From positions 11,745 to 75,744 of the forward strand of contig CAUAFL010000006.1 in NCBI GenBank assembly GCA_958428295.1: DNA of 64,000 bases. Direction: 5' to 3'. The position numbers and the translations under genes were made by a program. This stretch comes from an uncultured Bacillota bacterium (GTDB lineage Bacteria > Bacillota_I > Bacilli_A > RF39 > UBA660). Positions 35,397 through 45,941 of this stretch are shown here, in pieces; the first letter of the stretch is position 1, and every line of letters begins with the position of its first letter. Below the pieces are notes generated by a model. The model saw nothing but the letters and a program-made list of their open reading frames with translations, searched no databases and had not been told where the DNA came from.

Positions 35397-36398
35397 CTAG
35401 TTAAACGATAACAATGAACCTTTAGGAAATACTAATATTACCTCTGTATACCGATTTTCTTTAGAATTAATACTTATACATATTTCTAAACGCTCACACA
35501 ATTTTCGAACCAAATAAAGACCCATCCCCGTAGAATTCTCCTTCCTACGATCAGTTCCCGTAAAACCTTTCTCAAAAACCCGTGATAAATCCGCTTGCTG
35601 AATTCCCTTTCCGTTATCACGAATAACTAACGTCACTTGACAAGCTGTCTCCTTCGCTGTAATCGTTATATTGGGATCTTTTACTTGGTGATATTTAATT
35701 GCATTTTGAATGATTTGACCAATAATAAAACGAAACCACTTTTCATCAGTATAAACATTAAACTTTAAGTCTTTAATAATTAAATGAATATTACTTTCTA
35801 AAATATAATCTTTATATTTTAATAAAACAGGATGTATTAACTCATCCAAGGACAATTTTTCAATAAAATAATCTTTTTCCGTAGTATCACTTCGTGCATA
35901 AAACAAAATTTGTTCCACTAAATGATCGATTTTAGCAACTTCTTTTTTTAAACTAAAATCAGCCCGATTATCAGCATATAACGATAAGGCCGCAATTGGT
36001 GTCTTCACTTCATGAACAAAACTTTCAATATATTCTTGATAAGATAGACGTTCTTGTTCAATTTGACCAATCTTATCATTCATCGCTTTACAAGCTTTTT
36101 TTAAAGCATAATAATAACCATAATTAAGCATCTCTTTAGGCGCTTGTAAAATCTCTGCAATTAAGTACTGTTCTTCCAAATCATCAACCAAAGCAATCAA
36201 GCGCCGAACTTGATGACGCTTTCTGCGATAGTCTATGATTAAAAAAAGAAAATAACCTCCACCTAATAAACAACTAAATAGAAAAATATATGATTTAGAA
36301 ATACTTAACAACAAAAAGGTAATAATAAGAAAAAAAGTAAACAATAAAAAGCCTAAAAGTGCCCAAATTTTCTCTTCCAAATATGCTAAAAAAGTCAT
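35397..36398 (-). CDS. Intramembrane-sensing histidine kinase (BceS-like)
   Basis: Two N-terminal TM helices with a minimal loop. H-box FVHEVKTPI. N and G boxes NAIKY, DNGKGI, GMGLYL. Confidence 0.8.
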   Translation of the reverse strand: MTFLAYLEEKIWALLGFLLFTFFLIITFLLLSISKSYIFLFSCLLGGGYFLFLIIDYRRKRHQVRRLIALVDDLEEQYLIAEILQAPKEMLNYGYYYALKKACKAMNDKIGQIEQERLSYQEYIESFVHEVKTPIAALSLYADNRADFSLKKEVAKIDHLVEQILFYARSDTTEKDYFIEKLSLDELIHPVLLKYKDYILESNIHLIIKDLKFNVYTDEKWFRFIIGQIIQNAIKYHQVKDPNITITAKETACQVTLVIRDNGKGIQQADLSRVFEKGFTGTDRRKENSTGMGLYLVRKLCERLEICISINSKENRYTEVILVFPKGSLLSFN

Positions 36399-37057
36399 AC
36401 ACGATACCCCTTACCCCGAACTGTCTCAATAAAATTATCTGCCAAACCTAAAGACTGTAATTTTTTACGTAATCGATTTATATTAACCACTAAAATACTC
36501 TCATCCAAATAATATTTATCATTCCAAAGATATTCAATCAACTGATCTTTACTTAATATTTTTTGTGGATGTAAAAAGAAATAATATAAAATCCGAAATT
36601 CATTACGAGTCAGCTCTACTTTTTTATCATTAAAAGAAACCTTGGCTAAATGTAAATCCAAGGTAACGCCTTTTACTGTTAACTCTTTAAAATTCCTAAC
36701 ATCATGCTGCTGAAGTGCTCGCTCAATTTTATGTAATAGTAATGCCTTATCATAGGGTTTAGTAATAAAATCTGTGCCCCCCATAATAATACTTTTGAGT
36801 TCATCCTGTTGAGTATTACGACTAGTTACAAAAATAATGGGAATACTGATGCTTTCTCTTAAGGTTTTACAAATATGAAATCCATCCAAATAAGGTAGAT
36901 TAATATCTAATAATAGCAAATCTCCTCTAAAAGTTCTAACCTGTTCAATCACTGTATTAAAATCAGTAATTTGAACAACTTCATAGTTTGCATGAGTTAA
37001 TAAAATTGTCAATTCTTCGCGAATTTTAGGATCATCTTCAATTACTATAATCGTCAC
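36395..37057 (-). CDS. OmpR-family response regulator (BceR-like)
   Basis: Receiver domain with LLLLDINLP and a winged-helix C-terminus ...TVRGKGYRV. Confidence 0.85.
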   Translation of the reverse strand: MTIIVIEDDPKIREELTILLTHANYEVVQITDFNTVIEQVRTFRGDLLLLDINLPYLDGFHICKTLRESISIPIIFVTSRNTQQDELKSIIMGGTDFITKPYDKALLLHKIERALQQHDVRNFKELTVKGVTLDLHLAKVSFNDKKVELTRNEFRILYYFFLHPQKILSKDQLIEYLWNDKYYLDESILVVNINRLRKKLQSLGLADNFIETVRGKGYRV

Positions 37058-37093
37058 GCTACCACCTCTTTTTGTTTATTATACCATAACCAA

Positions 37094-39067
37094 TCAAAAA
37101 CCTAAGTTTTTCTTAAAGCCGAAATAAGTAGCTAAATAGTAAATAAAATAGACAAAAAGGAATAAAGCACTGCAAGTTATATAAATAACGATATATTGCG
37201 TATTACTCATTAAAAAGTTACCAAACACCTTATTTAATGACCAAGTTACTAAAAAACTAATCACTAAAGGATAGATTAACGGAAATAGAAAGAAAAGTAA
37301 TAACTGACAACGGATTGTTTTGAAAATACTTTGCTTATTGAGGCCCAGTTTCAATAAGACCTGATAACGATAACGATAGTTAGTAGCGTCACTTAAAGCT
37401 TGAATGGCAAGAATTGCTCCTACTACTGTCGTAAAAATAAACGCAAGATAAAATAAAGAAAAAGATAAAATTGTCGTCATTGACTGATTATCAGAAAGAA
37501 CTTTCCCCCGAACAAACATATTGGAAGTCATATAACAAATTGACTCACCAGTTTGATCATCCTTTTGACAAATTCGATGACTAGAAAGACTAGTTAACTT
37601 TGTATGAAGTTTTTCATCAGTATCTTCTTTTGTATCTATAATCAAAATATCATCATTTTTTTCTAAACCATCTACTGCTTTATCAGGAACAATTAATACA
37701 TAACCACTACCATAACCATAAACCATTGCATAAAGTTTTTTATCAAATACCTTCTTTTGTAAAGATACTCCATTACTTAATACAATATTATCAAGAATAG
37801 AAACCTCCTGCAAAGCAGAAAATAGTTCACTTGCACAAGATAAATAATATTCATCCTCTAAAAGCGTGATAGGTTTTTCATTACGTAATTGTAATAAATG
37901 ATTAAAATCACTAAGTTTTATAACAGTATCATACTGCTTCCAAGGTCTTTGTGACGAAGGTATTTGTTCGTAAATAACGCCATTATCATTTTTATAGTCT
38001 TCATATATAAAACTTTCTCGAATCGTGTAGTCTTCTTCAACCGCTTCTAAATATTTAGGAAATTCACTGTTAGCCTCATTAACATAGATATCATAAGGCG
38101 TCAACATATTCGTTTGCTGTTGTAATAACTCATTAAATAAAGTTGAAACATTTAAAGATACAAAAGTAAAAACAACCAAAAGGGAAAGGGTACCTAACGT
38201 AAAAGCCATGGTATTTATCTTGGAAGTAAACTGCCGTAGAATAAATAAGCGATTTTTCTCAAAAAGAAACTTTTTGTTCTTTAAAAAGAAAGCTAGCAGC
38301 AAATTTCCAAAGGTTAAACTAACACCGTAAATACTTAAAATAAGAAAGATAGTAATGCCTATTAGAAGAACAAAATTAGGCTCTACACCCACAGCAAATT
38401 GTTGATCAAATAGCCATAAGGCTACCCCACCCACTATTAAAGAAACACAAAACAAAATTTTCATTATCCATGGATGTGAAATTTTAGGCTGTTCATTTCT
38501 TTTATCTAATGCTAACAAGTCATATATTTTCATTTTTCTAATTCGACGATAAGACCAAAATAAAACTAATATATATATAACAATAAAATAGACAAAAGAT
38601 AACAAAACAGGAGTCGATAAATCAGATGTTAAAGTTACCTGATAAGGTTGATTAAATACATTCATAATTAAATAACTAATCAAATGACCAAATACAAAAC
38701 CAACAAAAAAGGATAAAAGTAAGGATAAAAAACCTAACAAAATATTTTCTAATAAAAACATTTTGGTAATATCCTTTTTTTCAATTCCCAGAACCATATA
38801 AGTGCCAAATTCTTTACTACGTTTTTGAAACATAAATTTAATTGTATAATTAATCAAATAGCTTAACACAAAGACAACAATCACATTGACAAAGATCATT
38901 GCTGTTTGAAAATTTTCCATTGAACTAGATAATTGTAAAATATCTTTAGCGTTAGAAATCAAATTGAAAGAAAACATTAAGGCAAAAGCCAAAGTGATAG
39001 TAATAATATAAATTGCATAGTCCTGAAAACTTCTTTTAATATTGCGAAAAGCAAGCTTGGCTAACAT
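37094..39067 (-). CDS. FtsX-domain ABC permease (BceB-like, 10 TM with large extracellular domain)
   Basis: 657 aa. Topology and adjacency to the ATPase and the two-component system. Confidence 0.75.
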   Translation of the reverse strand: MLAKLAFRNIKRSFQDYAIYIITITLAFALMFSFNLISNAKDILQLSSSMENFQTAMIFVNVIVVFVLSYLINYTIKFMFQKRSKEFGTYMVLGIEKKDITKMFLLENILLGFLSLLLSFFVGFVFGHLISYLIMNVFNQPYQVTLTSDLSTPVLLSFVYFIVIYILVLFWSYRRIRKMKIYDLLALDKRNEQPKISHPWIMKILFCVSLIVGGVALWLFDQQFAVGVEPNFVLLIGITIFLILSIYGVSLTFGNLLLAFFLKNKKFLFEKNRLFILRQFTSKINTMAFTLGTLSLLVVFTFVSLNVSTLFNELLQQQTNMLTPYDIYVNEANSEFPKYLEAVEEDYTIRESFIYEDYKNDNGVIYEQIPSSQRPWKQYDTVIKLSDFNHLLQLRNEKPITLLEDEYYLSCASELFSALQEVSILDNIVLSNGVSLQKKVFDKKLYAMVYGYGSGYVLIVPDKAVDGLEKNDDILIIDTKEDTDEKLHTKLTSLSSHRICQKDDQTGESICYMTSNMFVRGKVLSDNQSMTTILSFSLFYLAFIFTTVVGAILAIQALSDATNYRYRYQVLLKLGLNKQSIFKTIRCQLLLFFLFPLIYPLVISFLVTWSLNKVFGNFLMSNTQYIVIYITCSALFLFVYFIYYLATYFGFKKNLGF

Positions 39068-39822
39068 GAAATATCGCCTCCAAGTAAAGTTAAAACATCA
39101 AGAATTTCTTCAAAAAACTGTTTTCTTGTTTTATCTCCTTTAAAAATCTCCGTAAAAATCTTACCATCCTTTAAAAAGAGCACACGTTGACAAAAGCTAG
39201 CGCTAAAAGCATCATGGGTCACCATTAAAATAGTCGCTAATAACTGTTCATTCATTTCTTTCATCGTTTCCAGTAACATCTGACTACTTTTAGAATCAAG
39301 AGCACCCGTTGGTTCATCTGCTAAAACTAATTTAGGATGATTAACAAGTGCCCTAGCACAAGCACAGCGTTGCTTTTGGCCACCAGATACTTCATAAGGA
39401 TATTTCATTAAAATATCAGCAATATTTAATCTTTTAGTGACCGCTACTACCTCCTGTTCAATAGCTGCTTTATCTTTATGGTTAATAATTAAAGACAAAG
39501 CAATATTTTCTTCAATCGTTAAAGTATCTAATAAATTAAAATCCTGAAAAATAAATCCTAAATTTTCACGACGAAACGTAGCTAATTGCTCTTCTTTTAA
39601 TGTTGTAATATCTTCTCCTTCTAAATATATATGGCCGCTCGTTACCTGATCAATGGTAGAAATACAATTGAGAAGCGTCGTTTTACCAGAACCACTAGCG
39701 CCCATAATTGCTACAAATTCCCCTTCTGAAACTTCTAAAGAAATCCCATTGACAGCTTTTGTAATATTCTTATTAGTACCATAATATTTTTTGAGTTGTA
39801 CTAAACTTAATACTTTCTTCAT
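39061..39822 (-). CDS. ABC transporter ATP-binding protein (BceA-like)
   Basis: GASGSGKTT, LSGGQKQR-type VSGGQKQR, LVLADEPTGALD. Confidence 0.9.
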   Translation of the reverse strand: MKKVLSLVQLKKYYGTNKNITKAVNGISLEVSEGEFVAIMGASGSGKTTLLNCISTIDQVTSGHIYLEGEDITTLKEEQLATFRRENLGFIFQDFNLLDTLTIEENIALSLIINHKDKAAIEQEVVAVTKRLNIADILMKYPYEVSGGQKQRCACARALVNHPKLVLADEPTGALDSKSSQMLLETMKEMNEQLLATILMVTHDAFSASFCQRVLFLKDGKIFTEIFKGDKTRKQFFEEILDVLTLLGGDISC

Positions 39823-39834
39823 CTATCGTCCCTC

Positions 39835-39969
39835 CTATTGTTTATGAAAAAATTTTAACCGCTGTAAACCAAAAAGCAATAGTGCTATCAGACAAAAAAG
39901 CGGTATTGACATCACAAACAGAAATACACACAAACTCATTCCTAAAATGCCAACCAAAAATTGTTTCAT
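39835..39969 (-). CDS. Possible 44-aa hydrophobic peptide at the head of the Bce-type operon
   Basis: MKQFLVGILGMSLCVFLFVMSIPLFCLIALLLFGLQRLKFFHKQ. Its stop (TAG 39835-39837) lies inside the AGGAGGG SD of the ATPase gene. Confidence 0.3.
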   Translation of the reverse strand: MKQFLVGILGMSLCVFLFVMSIPLFCLIALLLFGLQRLKFFHKQ

Positions 39970-40195
39970 AAACTTTCTCCTTTCTTTTTAACAATACCAT
40001 TATATCAATAAAAAACCGTAATAATTATTACAGTTTTGTTATCTTCCCCTACACCTTACCTCATTTTAAGATCAGCACTTTTTAGGACAGTTTTAAAATT
40101 TAATGGATATTAATATTACAATCGCATTCATAGTTTCTATCAGCTTAACTATTGATTCTAATTTATTAAATTGTTAAGGCTATTTTTGATCCCAA

Positions 40196-40903
40196 TTACA
40201 TTATATCTTCTATTAAGTTATAGACATTATCGTATAATTTATTGGTTATATCTAGTACACATTGTTCAGATTTAGTCATACCATAACCATTATATTTCTC
40301 AATCATTTCAACATCATTAGAACCATCACCTATTGTATATACATGTTTATTATCTATATTTTCAATCTTTAATAATTCTTCAATTGCTTCACTTTTATCA
40401 GTTTTAATAGAAATGACTTCAACCAATGTATATTTATGAGTTGAAATAACATAAGATTTAACTTCCTTAAAACTACTATTTATAAACTTTGATACTTCTT
40501 GGCCAATATTAGGACTATCTACTTCAATCATTAATTTTGTTAAATCATCGCTATCAATAGAAACATTACTCTCATAAGCATTAAATAAAATATTCCTTTT
40601 TATGCCTTGTATAGTTGCTAAGCTATCTAATAATATACGCATTAATTTATTATTTATTGTATAGATTTTAATTATTTTTTTGTTATTATCCAAAATAACT
40701 GTTCCATGACTTAATATTAAATAATCAAAGGATACAGGGAATTCTTTTAACTTTCTATCTAAATCTAAATAGGAACGACCAGTTGCAATAACAAAAAGAT
40801 TACCATGTTCTCTAAACTTTTGAATCATATCAATATTAATTAACATATTTTCGTAGTCTGTATATAAAGTTTTATCATAATCACTGATTATTATCTTTTT
40901 CAT
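40196..40903 (-). CDS. Cof-type HAD-IIB hydrolase
   Basis: IIISDYDKTLY (motif I), ATGRS, GDGSNDVEM. I prefer the ATG at 40903. Confidence 0.75.
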   Translation of the reverse strand: MKKIIISDYDKTLYTDYENMLINIDMIQKFREHGNLFVIATGRSYLDLDRKLKEFPVSFDYLILSHGTVILDNNKKIIKIYTINNKLMRILLDSLATIQGIKRNILFNAYESNVSIDSDDLTKLMIEVDSPNIGQEVSKFINSSFKEVKSYVISTHKYTLVEVISIKTDKSEAIEELLKIENIDNKHVYTIGDGSNDVEMIEKYNGYGMTKSEQCVLDITNKLYDNVYNLIEDIM

Positions 40904-41132
40904 ATGCCACCTCACTGCCATAATTTTAATAAAATATTTCATTTCAAACTTCTTTTAATCCTCTAAATTGTTATTTCTTTTTTGTATCTCTTCTTTGCTT
41001 AGTATTGTAAAATTATTTTCTCTTAAATACTTTTTAATGAATATAAAGTCAATATTAGAGTCTTCTTTACTTTTCACAAATAATATAGTATTTACTTTCA
41101 ATTTGAAATAACTTTTTAGTAAATTTCCAAAA

Positions 41133-42836
41133 TTATTTTTGTAAAATTTGATAATATTTATTATTCGCTACTAAATTTTTATGATTATCTTTTCCAACAA
41201 CTCTACCTTTATCTATGACAATTATATCATCAGCAATTTTCATTAAGTTAGGTTTGTGAGTAATAATTATAACTGTGTGATCTTTTTTTAAATCTTTCAA
41301 TACCTTAACAACTTGTTTTGCTGTATTTGGATCTAACGAAGATGTTACTTCATCAAATAATAATATTTCTGATTTTGATAATAATGTTCTTGCTAAACTA
41401 ATTAATTGTTTTTGACCACCTGATATATCAGTAGCATCTTCTTTTAATAAAGTATTATATCCTTTTGGTAAAGACATAATAAAGTCATGTATTCCCACTC
41501 TTTTACAAGCTTCTATTTGTCTTTCTTTATTGGAATCAACCAAATTTAAATTTTCTCTAATACTCATATTAAATATAAAAGGTTTTTGTGTAGCAATAGA
41601 AACATTAGATGAATATACTTCTTTTGAATAATCATAAATACTTGTTCCATCAATATATATACTACCTTTATCTAGTTTATATAATCTTAATAATAATCTA
41701 AATATTGTTGATTTCCCACTACCACTTTTGCCAACTATTGCAGTAAGTGAATGACTATCAATATCAAAACTGACATTATCTAATATTAGATTATTTTCAT
41801 AAGTGAATGACACATTTCGAAATGATACATTTCCAAATATTTCATCATTTGCATTTTTACCAAATTCTAAAATATTTTTATTTTTATAATACATTACATT
41901 ATATAATCTATCTATTCTTACACTACTATTACAAATCTTATTTATCCGCTCAAAGAATTCTATATTTTCATTTTCAATTCTATCAATATAGCTAATTACT
42001 AGTACCAACATTCCAACATTCATATTTCCCTTTGCTATACCAATTATGACAATAATGTATGCAATAACTTTTGATACCATAATTAACATTGGTAATAGAA
42101 CTTTACTCCTATCCCAATATTTTCTTTTTAAAAAATATTGTTTTGTCCAAGATTTCTTATTAATCTCTAATATTTCATTTAATTTATCTTTCATATCAAA
42201 AGATTTTATTTCCTTTGTCCCATCAAGAGTTTGAGCAAACATTTCTACAATTTTATCTTGTTGCTTCCTTTGTTCATTTAAATAATAATCTTTTTTCTTT
42301 TGATATTCACTTAATAATAATAGATATAAAAGATTAAATATTAAAACAATAATGCCTATATATAAATTGTAAAACAATAATATTCCAAGTGCTATTACTA
42401 AACTCATAAAATGAGTAATTGCATCCATCATTCTATCAGCAAACATGCATACTTCCCAAGTATCATTAGCTGTTGTATTAACTAAATAGGATTTTGATAT
42501 TTTTTTAGTAAAGTTTTCATCATAAGTTGCAACTTTTTCAACAACATTTTCTTGCAATTTTGTATAAACATAATTTGTATTATCTCTATAAGCAACATAA
42601 TTCCAATGATAAACTATATTATAAATTAAGTAATTAATTCCTAAATAAATTACATTAAGAAATGCCCCTGTATAATCACCATTGGTAGCATATTCAACAA
42701 TTTTTGCAGAGAATATTGGAAAACCTAAAATTGTTGTACTCCTTAAAAATGCTGATAGGAATAAAAATAATAATAGTTTTTTATCATTCGCATTAAGTTT
42801 AAAATACTTTTTACAGATTCTATAATACCTAATCAT
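41133..42836 (-). CDS. ABC exporter, fused permease-ATPase (half transporter B)
   Basis: Six-TM N-half. GKSGSGKST, ISGGQKQ, LLFDEVTSSLD. Confidence 0.85.
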   Translation of the reverse strand: MIRYYRICKKYFKLNANDKKLLLFLFLSAFLRSTTILGFPIFSAKIVEYATNGDYTGAFLNVIYLGINYLIYNIVYHWNYVAYRDNTNYVYTKLQENVVEKVATYDENFTKKISKSYLVNTTANDTWEVCMFADRMMDAITHFMSLVIALGILLFYNLYIGIIVLIFNLLYLLLLSEYQKKKDYYLNEQRKQQDKIVEMFAQTLDGTKEIKSFDMKDKLNEILEINKKSWTKQYFLKRKYWDRSKVLLPMLIMVSKVIAYIIVIIGIAKGNMNVGMLVLVISYIDRIENENIEFFERINKICNSSVRIDRLYNVMYYKNKNILEFGKNANDEIFGNVSFRNVSFTYENNLILDNVSFDIDSHSLTAIVGKSGSGKSTIFRLLLRLYKLDKGSIYIDGTSIYDYSKEVYSSNVSIATQKPFIFNMSIRENLNLVDSNKERQIEACKRVGIHDFIMSLPKGYNTLLKEDATDISGGQKQLISLARTLLSKSEILLFDEVTSSLDPNTAKQVVKVLKDLKKDHTVIIITHKPNLMKIADDIIVIDKGRVVGKDNHKNLVANNKYYQILQK

Positions 42837-44574
42837 TATTAAACACTCCTAACTTACTTGCACTTTTTCTTGCCTGTAACCATCTATAATGTTCGTTATT
42901 TTCTATTAAATCTTTATGTTTTCCATCTCCAACAATTTTACCTTCATGTAGTACAATAATTCTATCTGCTTTTTTCATTAAATCTGGTTTATGTGTAATC
43001 ATAATGATAGTATGATCTTTTTTTAAATTTTTCAAAATTTTATCAATATGAGATGCAGTGTCAGAATCTAGTGATGATGTTATTTCATCAAATAATAATA
43101 TCTCTGATTTTGATAATAATGTTCTTGCTAAACTAATTAATTGTTTTTGACCACCGGATATATTATTGGCATTTTCTCGTAGAATAGTATTATATCCTTT
43201 TGGTAAAGAAACTATAAAATCGTGTATTCCAACTTTTTTACAAGCTGCTATTTGATGTTCAATATTCTTATCCACAAAATCCAAATTCTTTCTAATACTC
43301 ATATTAAATATAAATGGTTTTTGATTAACAACACTAACATTGGATTTATATATTTCTTTTGAATAATCGTAAATATTGATACCATCAATTAATATTTTTC
43401 CACTACTAGGTTTATATAATCTTAATAACAAATTAATTATAGATGTTTTACCCGTTCCACTTTGACCTACTATTGCAGTAATCGAATTAGATTTTATTTT
43501 AAAGCTTACACCTTTTATTATTTCTTTTTGATTATAACCAAATCTGACATTATCAAATTCAACTATTCCTTCAATATCATCTGAATAATTATTTCCAAAA
43601 GTTATTTCACTACTTCCTTTATAATTTAAAATAGTGTCAACTCTTTCAACAGATACATTGACTTCTCTTATAGTTGTAGTTGAATCTATTAATTCATCTA
43701 AATAAGTTATCGTAGTTTCAAAATAACCAATTACCAATACTAATATATCAATTTTAATCTTGCCATTCATCATAAGAACTAATAAGATTACATATAAAAG
43801 TATTTTAAAACCATGAGTCATAAATCTTATATCATTATCTCTAATTGTTAAATACTTTCTTTTCATAGTATAGTTCTTACTATATTTATTTTTTATTTCA
43901 TTTAATTTTGATTTTAATTTTGATAACATATCAAAAGTTTTTATTTCTTGAAGTCCTGATAAAATTTGAGAAAATAAACTACTATATCTATCAACTTGGT
44001 GTTTTTGACCTTTTAAGTAAATTGAACTTTTTCTATCGGTATAATTCCTAATACCAATATATAATAAAGAATAAATAAAGAAAATTAATGCAACAATAGG
44101 GCTATATAAGGCGACTATGATACAAACTGCACCAACCTGAATTAAAGTCGTCATCAATTCAGATACTTGATCACACATATCACCAATATCTATAACATCA
44201 GAATTTATTGAGTTTAATAATTTACCCTTACTAATATATTTAGTAAAATTATCATCAATAGTCACTAATTTATTAAGAAGTCTTGTTTGAAGTCCTCTAT
44301 AACAATAATTCATATTTTTACCATATAATTTAATATTTATATAATAAAATAATTTATAAAGGCAATAAGATAACGTTAATGCTCCTAGACTAATATATGT
44401 CATTCTTAAATCATTATCAGTAGCATATTTTATAATCCATGAAGCAAATAGTGTATTTAACAAAAGAAAACCTTTATATCCAAGTGCAGTTATTATCATT
44501 CCAACAAAATAACTGGTTTTGGTTTGGGCAAGTTTTAAATATGATTTAATAAAATTATAATATTCTCTAATCAT
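42829..44574 (-). CDS. ABC exporter, fused permease-ATPase (half transporter A)
   Basis: GQSGTGKTS, ISGGQKQ, LLFDEITSSLD. 8-nt overlaps with both neighbours. Paralog of 41133..42836. Confidence 0.85.
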   Translation of the reverse strand: MIREYYNFIKSYLKLAQTKTSYFVGMIITALGYKGFLLLNTLFASWIIKYATDNDLRMTYISLGALTLSYCLYKLFYYINIKLYGKNMNYCYRGLQTRLLNKLVTIDDNFTKYISKGKLLNSINSDVIDIGDMCDQVSELMTTLIQVGAVCIIVALYSPIVALIFFIYSLLYIGIRNYTDRKSSIYLKGQKHQVDRYSSLFSQILSGLQEIKTFDMLSKLKSKLNEIKNKYSKNYTMKRKYLTIRDNDIRFMTHGFKILLYVILLVLMMNGKIKIDILVLVIGYFETTITYLDELIDSTTTIREVNVSVERVDTILNYKGSSEITFGNNYSDDIEGIVEFDNVRFGYNQKEIIKGVSFKIKSNSITAIVGQSGTGKTSIINLLLRLYKPSSGKILIDGINIYDYSKEIYKSNVSVVNQKPFIFNMSIRKNLDFVDKNIEHQIAACKKVGIHDFIVSLPKGYNTILRENANNISGGQKQLISLARTLLSKSEILLFDEITSSLDSDTASHIDKILKNLKKDHTIIMITHKPDLMKKADRIIVLHEGKIVGDGKHKDLIENNEHYRWLQARKSASKLGVFNND

Positions 44575-45058
44575 TTTGCACCTTTAATTCATATGTGCTA
44601 TCACTTGCTTTAAAACCAAATTTTTTATACATATTTATAGCAGTGTCATTCAAACTACTTAATTTAAAATTTGTAATACCCATCTTTTTTGCATATTCAA
44701 AGCAAAAACTAAAAAGCTTATTTTGATAACCTTTATTTCTATATTCTTCCCTTGTAAAAACATTGCAAATATATCCTAACATCCCACTTGAGTTATTATA
44801 TGTTGGAAAATGTCTATCTAAATAAAAGCCACAATTTGCTACTAATTCATTATCAACAATAACACCAAACATAAATAGTGTTTTATTTAAGTTTTCCTTA
44901 ATATAATCTCTCGTTTTTATTTCTAATTCATTTGGATTAAGTAAGATAGATTTTTCATCAATATACCTTAAATCATAATTTTGAATTCCTAATCTTAACA
45001 TTATCATATCATCTAAATCATCAATTTCTAACTTTCTAATTACTTCCATATAAAACAT
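44567..45058 (-). CDS. GNAT-family N-acetyltransferase
   Basis: 163 aa. RNKGYQNKLFSFCFEYAKKMG matches the acetyl-CoA binding motif A pattern (R/Q-x-x-G-x-G/A). Confidence 0.7.
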   Translation of the reverse strand: MFYMEVIRKLEIDDLDDMIMLRLGIQNYDLRYIDEKSILLNPNELEIKTRDYIKENLNKTLFMFGVIVDNELVANCGFYLDRHFPTYNNSSGMLGYICNVFTREEYRNKGYQNKLFSFCFEYAKKMGITNFKLSSLNDTAINMYKKFGFKASDSTYELKVQND

Positions 45059-45133
45059 CCATTCCTTTCACTTCATTCAATGCATATATAACGTTGAAAA
45101 ATATAACTATTTTTCAGGCTAAAACCTAATTCC

Positions 45134-45781
45134 TTATTTTTCTGTTTCTTTATTTTTTTCTTCACATATTTTAATAAATTCTTTAAATATATTATTCATA
45201 TTTTTGTCTTTTTTATATAAGCTTTCAGGATGAAATTGAACACCAACATAAAATTTTTTATTTGAATCTTCAACAACTTCATCTATTCCATTGGGAGAAT
45301 ATGCAACTGCTTTTAAAATCCCTAAATCAGAAGAATAACCTATATGTCTTGAATTAACCATTATTTCTTCTTTACCAATTATTTTATAAAACTTTGAATC
45401 TTTATTTATTTTTATAGAATGGACATATGGTTCTTAACTATCATGTTCTTTATTATCTAAATTTCTTTTTATTTCACCTAATGCTTTTACCATCATATGT
45501 TTACCATTACAAATTCCTAAAATAGGAATATCATATTCATAACAATATTTGGCTATAAAGCATTCATATTCATCAGCAAAACCTCCGCCTTGTAAAATTA
45601 TGCCATTACATAATGCTATTTGATCATAAAGGTTATGTTTTTCAATAGTGGTTAATTGATCTTGCCAATTATCTTTTAGATATACTTTATCTTCATTTGG
45701 TAGTAAAATCCCTATTGCAACTCCACCATTATCAAATATAGCTTGTTCTACTTCGTCACGAATAAATGTTTCTAATCGCAT
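45134..45781 (-). pseudogene. Class-I glutamine amidotransferase / peptidase C26-like gene interrupted by one in-frame TAA
   Basis: The N-part (45434..45781) has ILGICNGKH (nucleophile Cys). TAA sits at 45434-45436. The same frame continues EPYVHSIKINKDSKFYKIIGKEEIMVNSRH...VGVQFHPE. Confidence 0.7.
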
Positions 45782-45941
45782 TGAATTATTGTTTTTATTA
45801 AGTTTCTTAACTTGTAATTCATTTTACAATATACTCTATATACCATATATAATGATAACATAAAAACGACAAATCTCCTATGAATTGTTGTTTATTTTCT
45901 TGAATTATAATCGTTTTTATGACATTAATGACATTTAACTA

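Noticed and set aside
40021-40045. Palindrome AAAACCGTAATAATTATTACAGTTTT as a terminator marking the island edge
   Set aside because: The stem is almost purely A-T with essentially no loop, so it is too weak to call a terminator with confidence.
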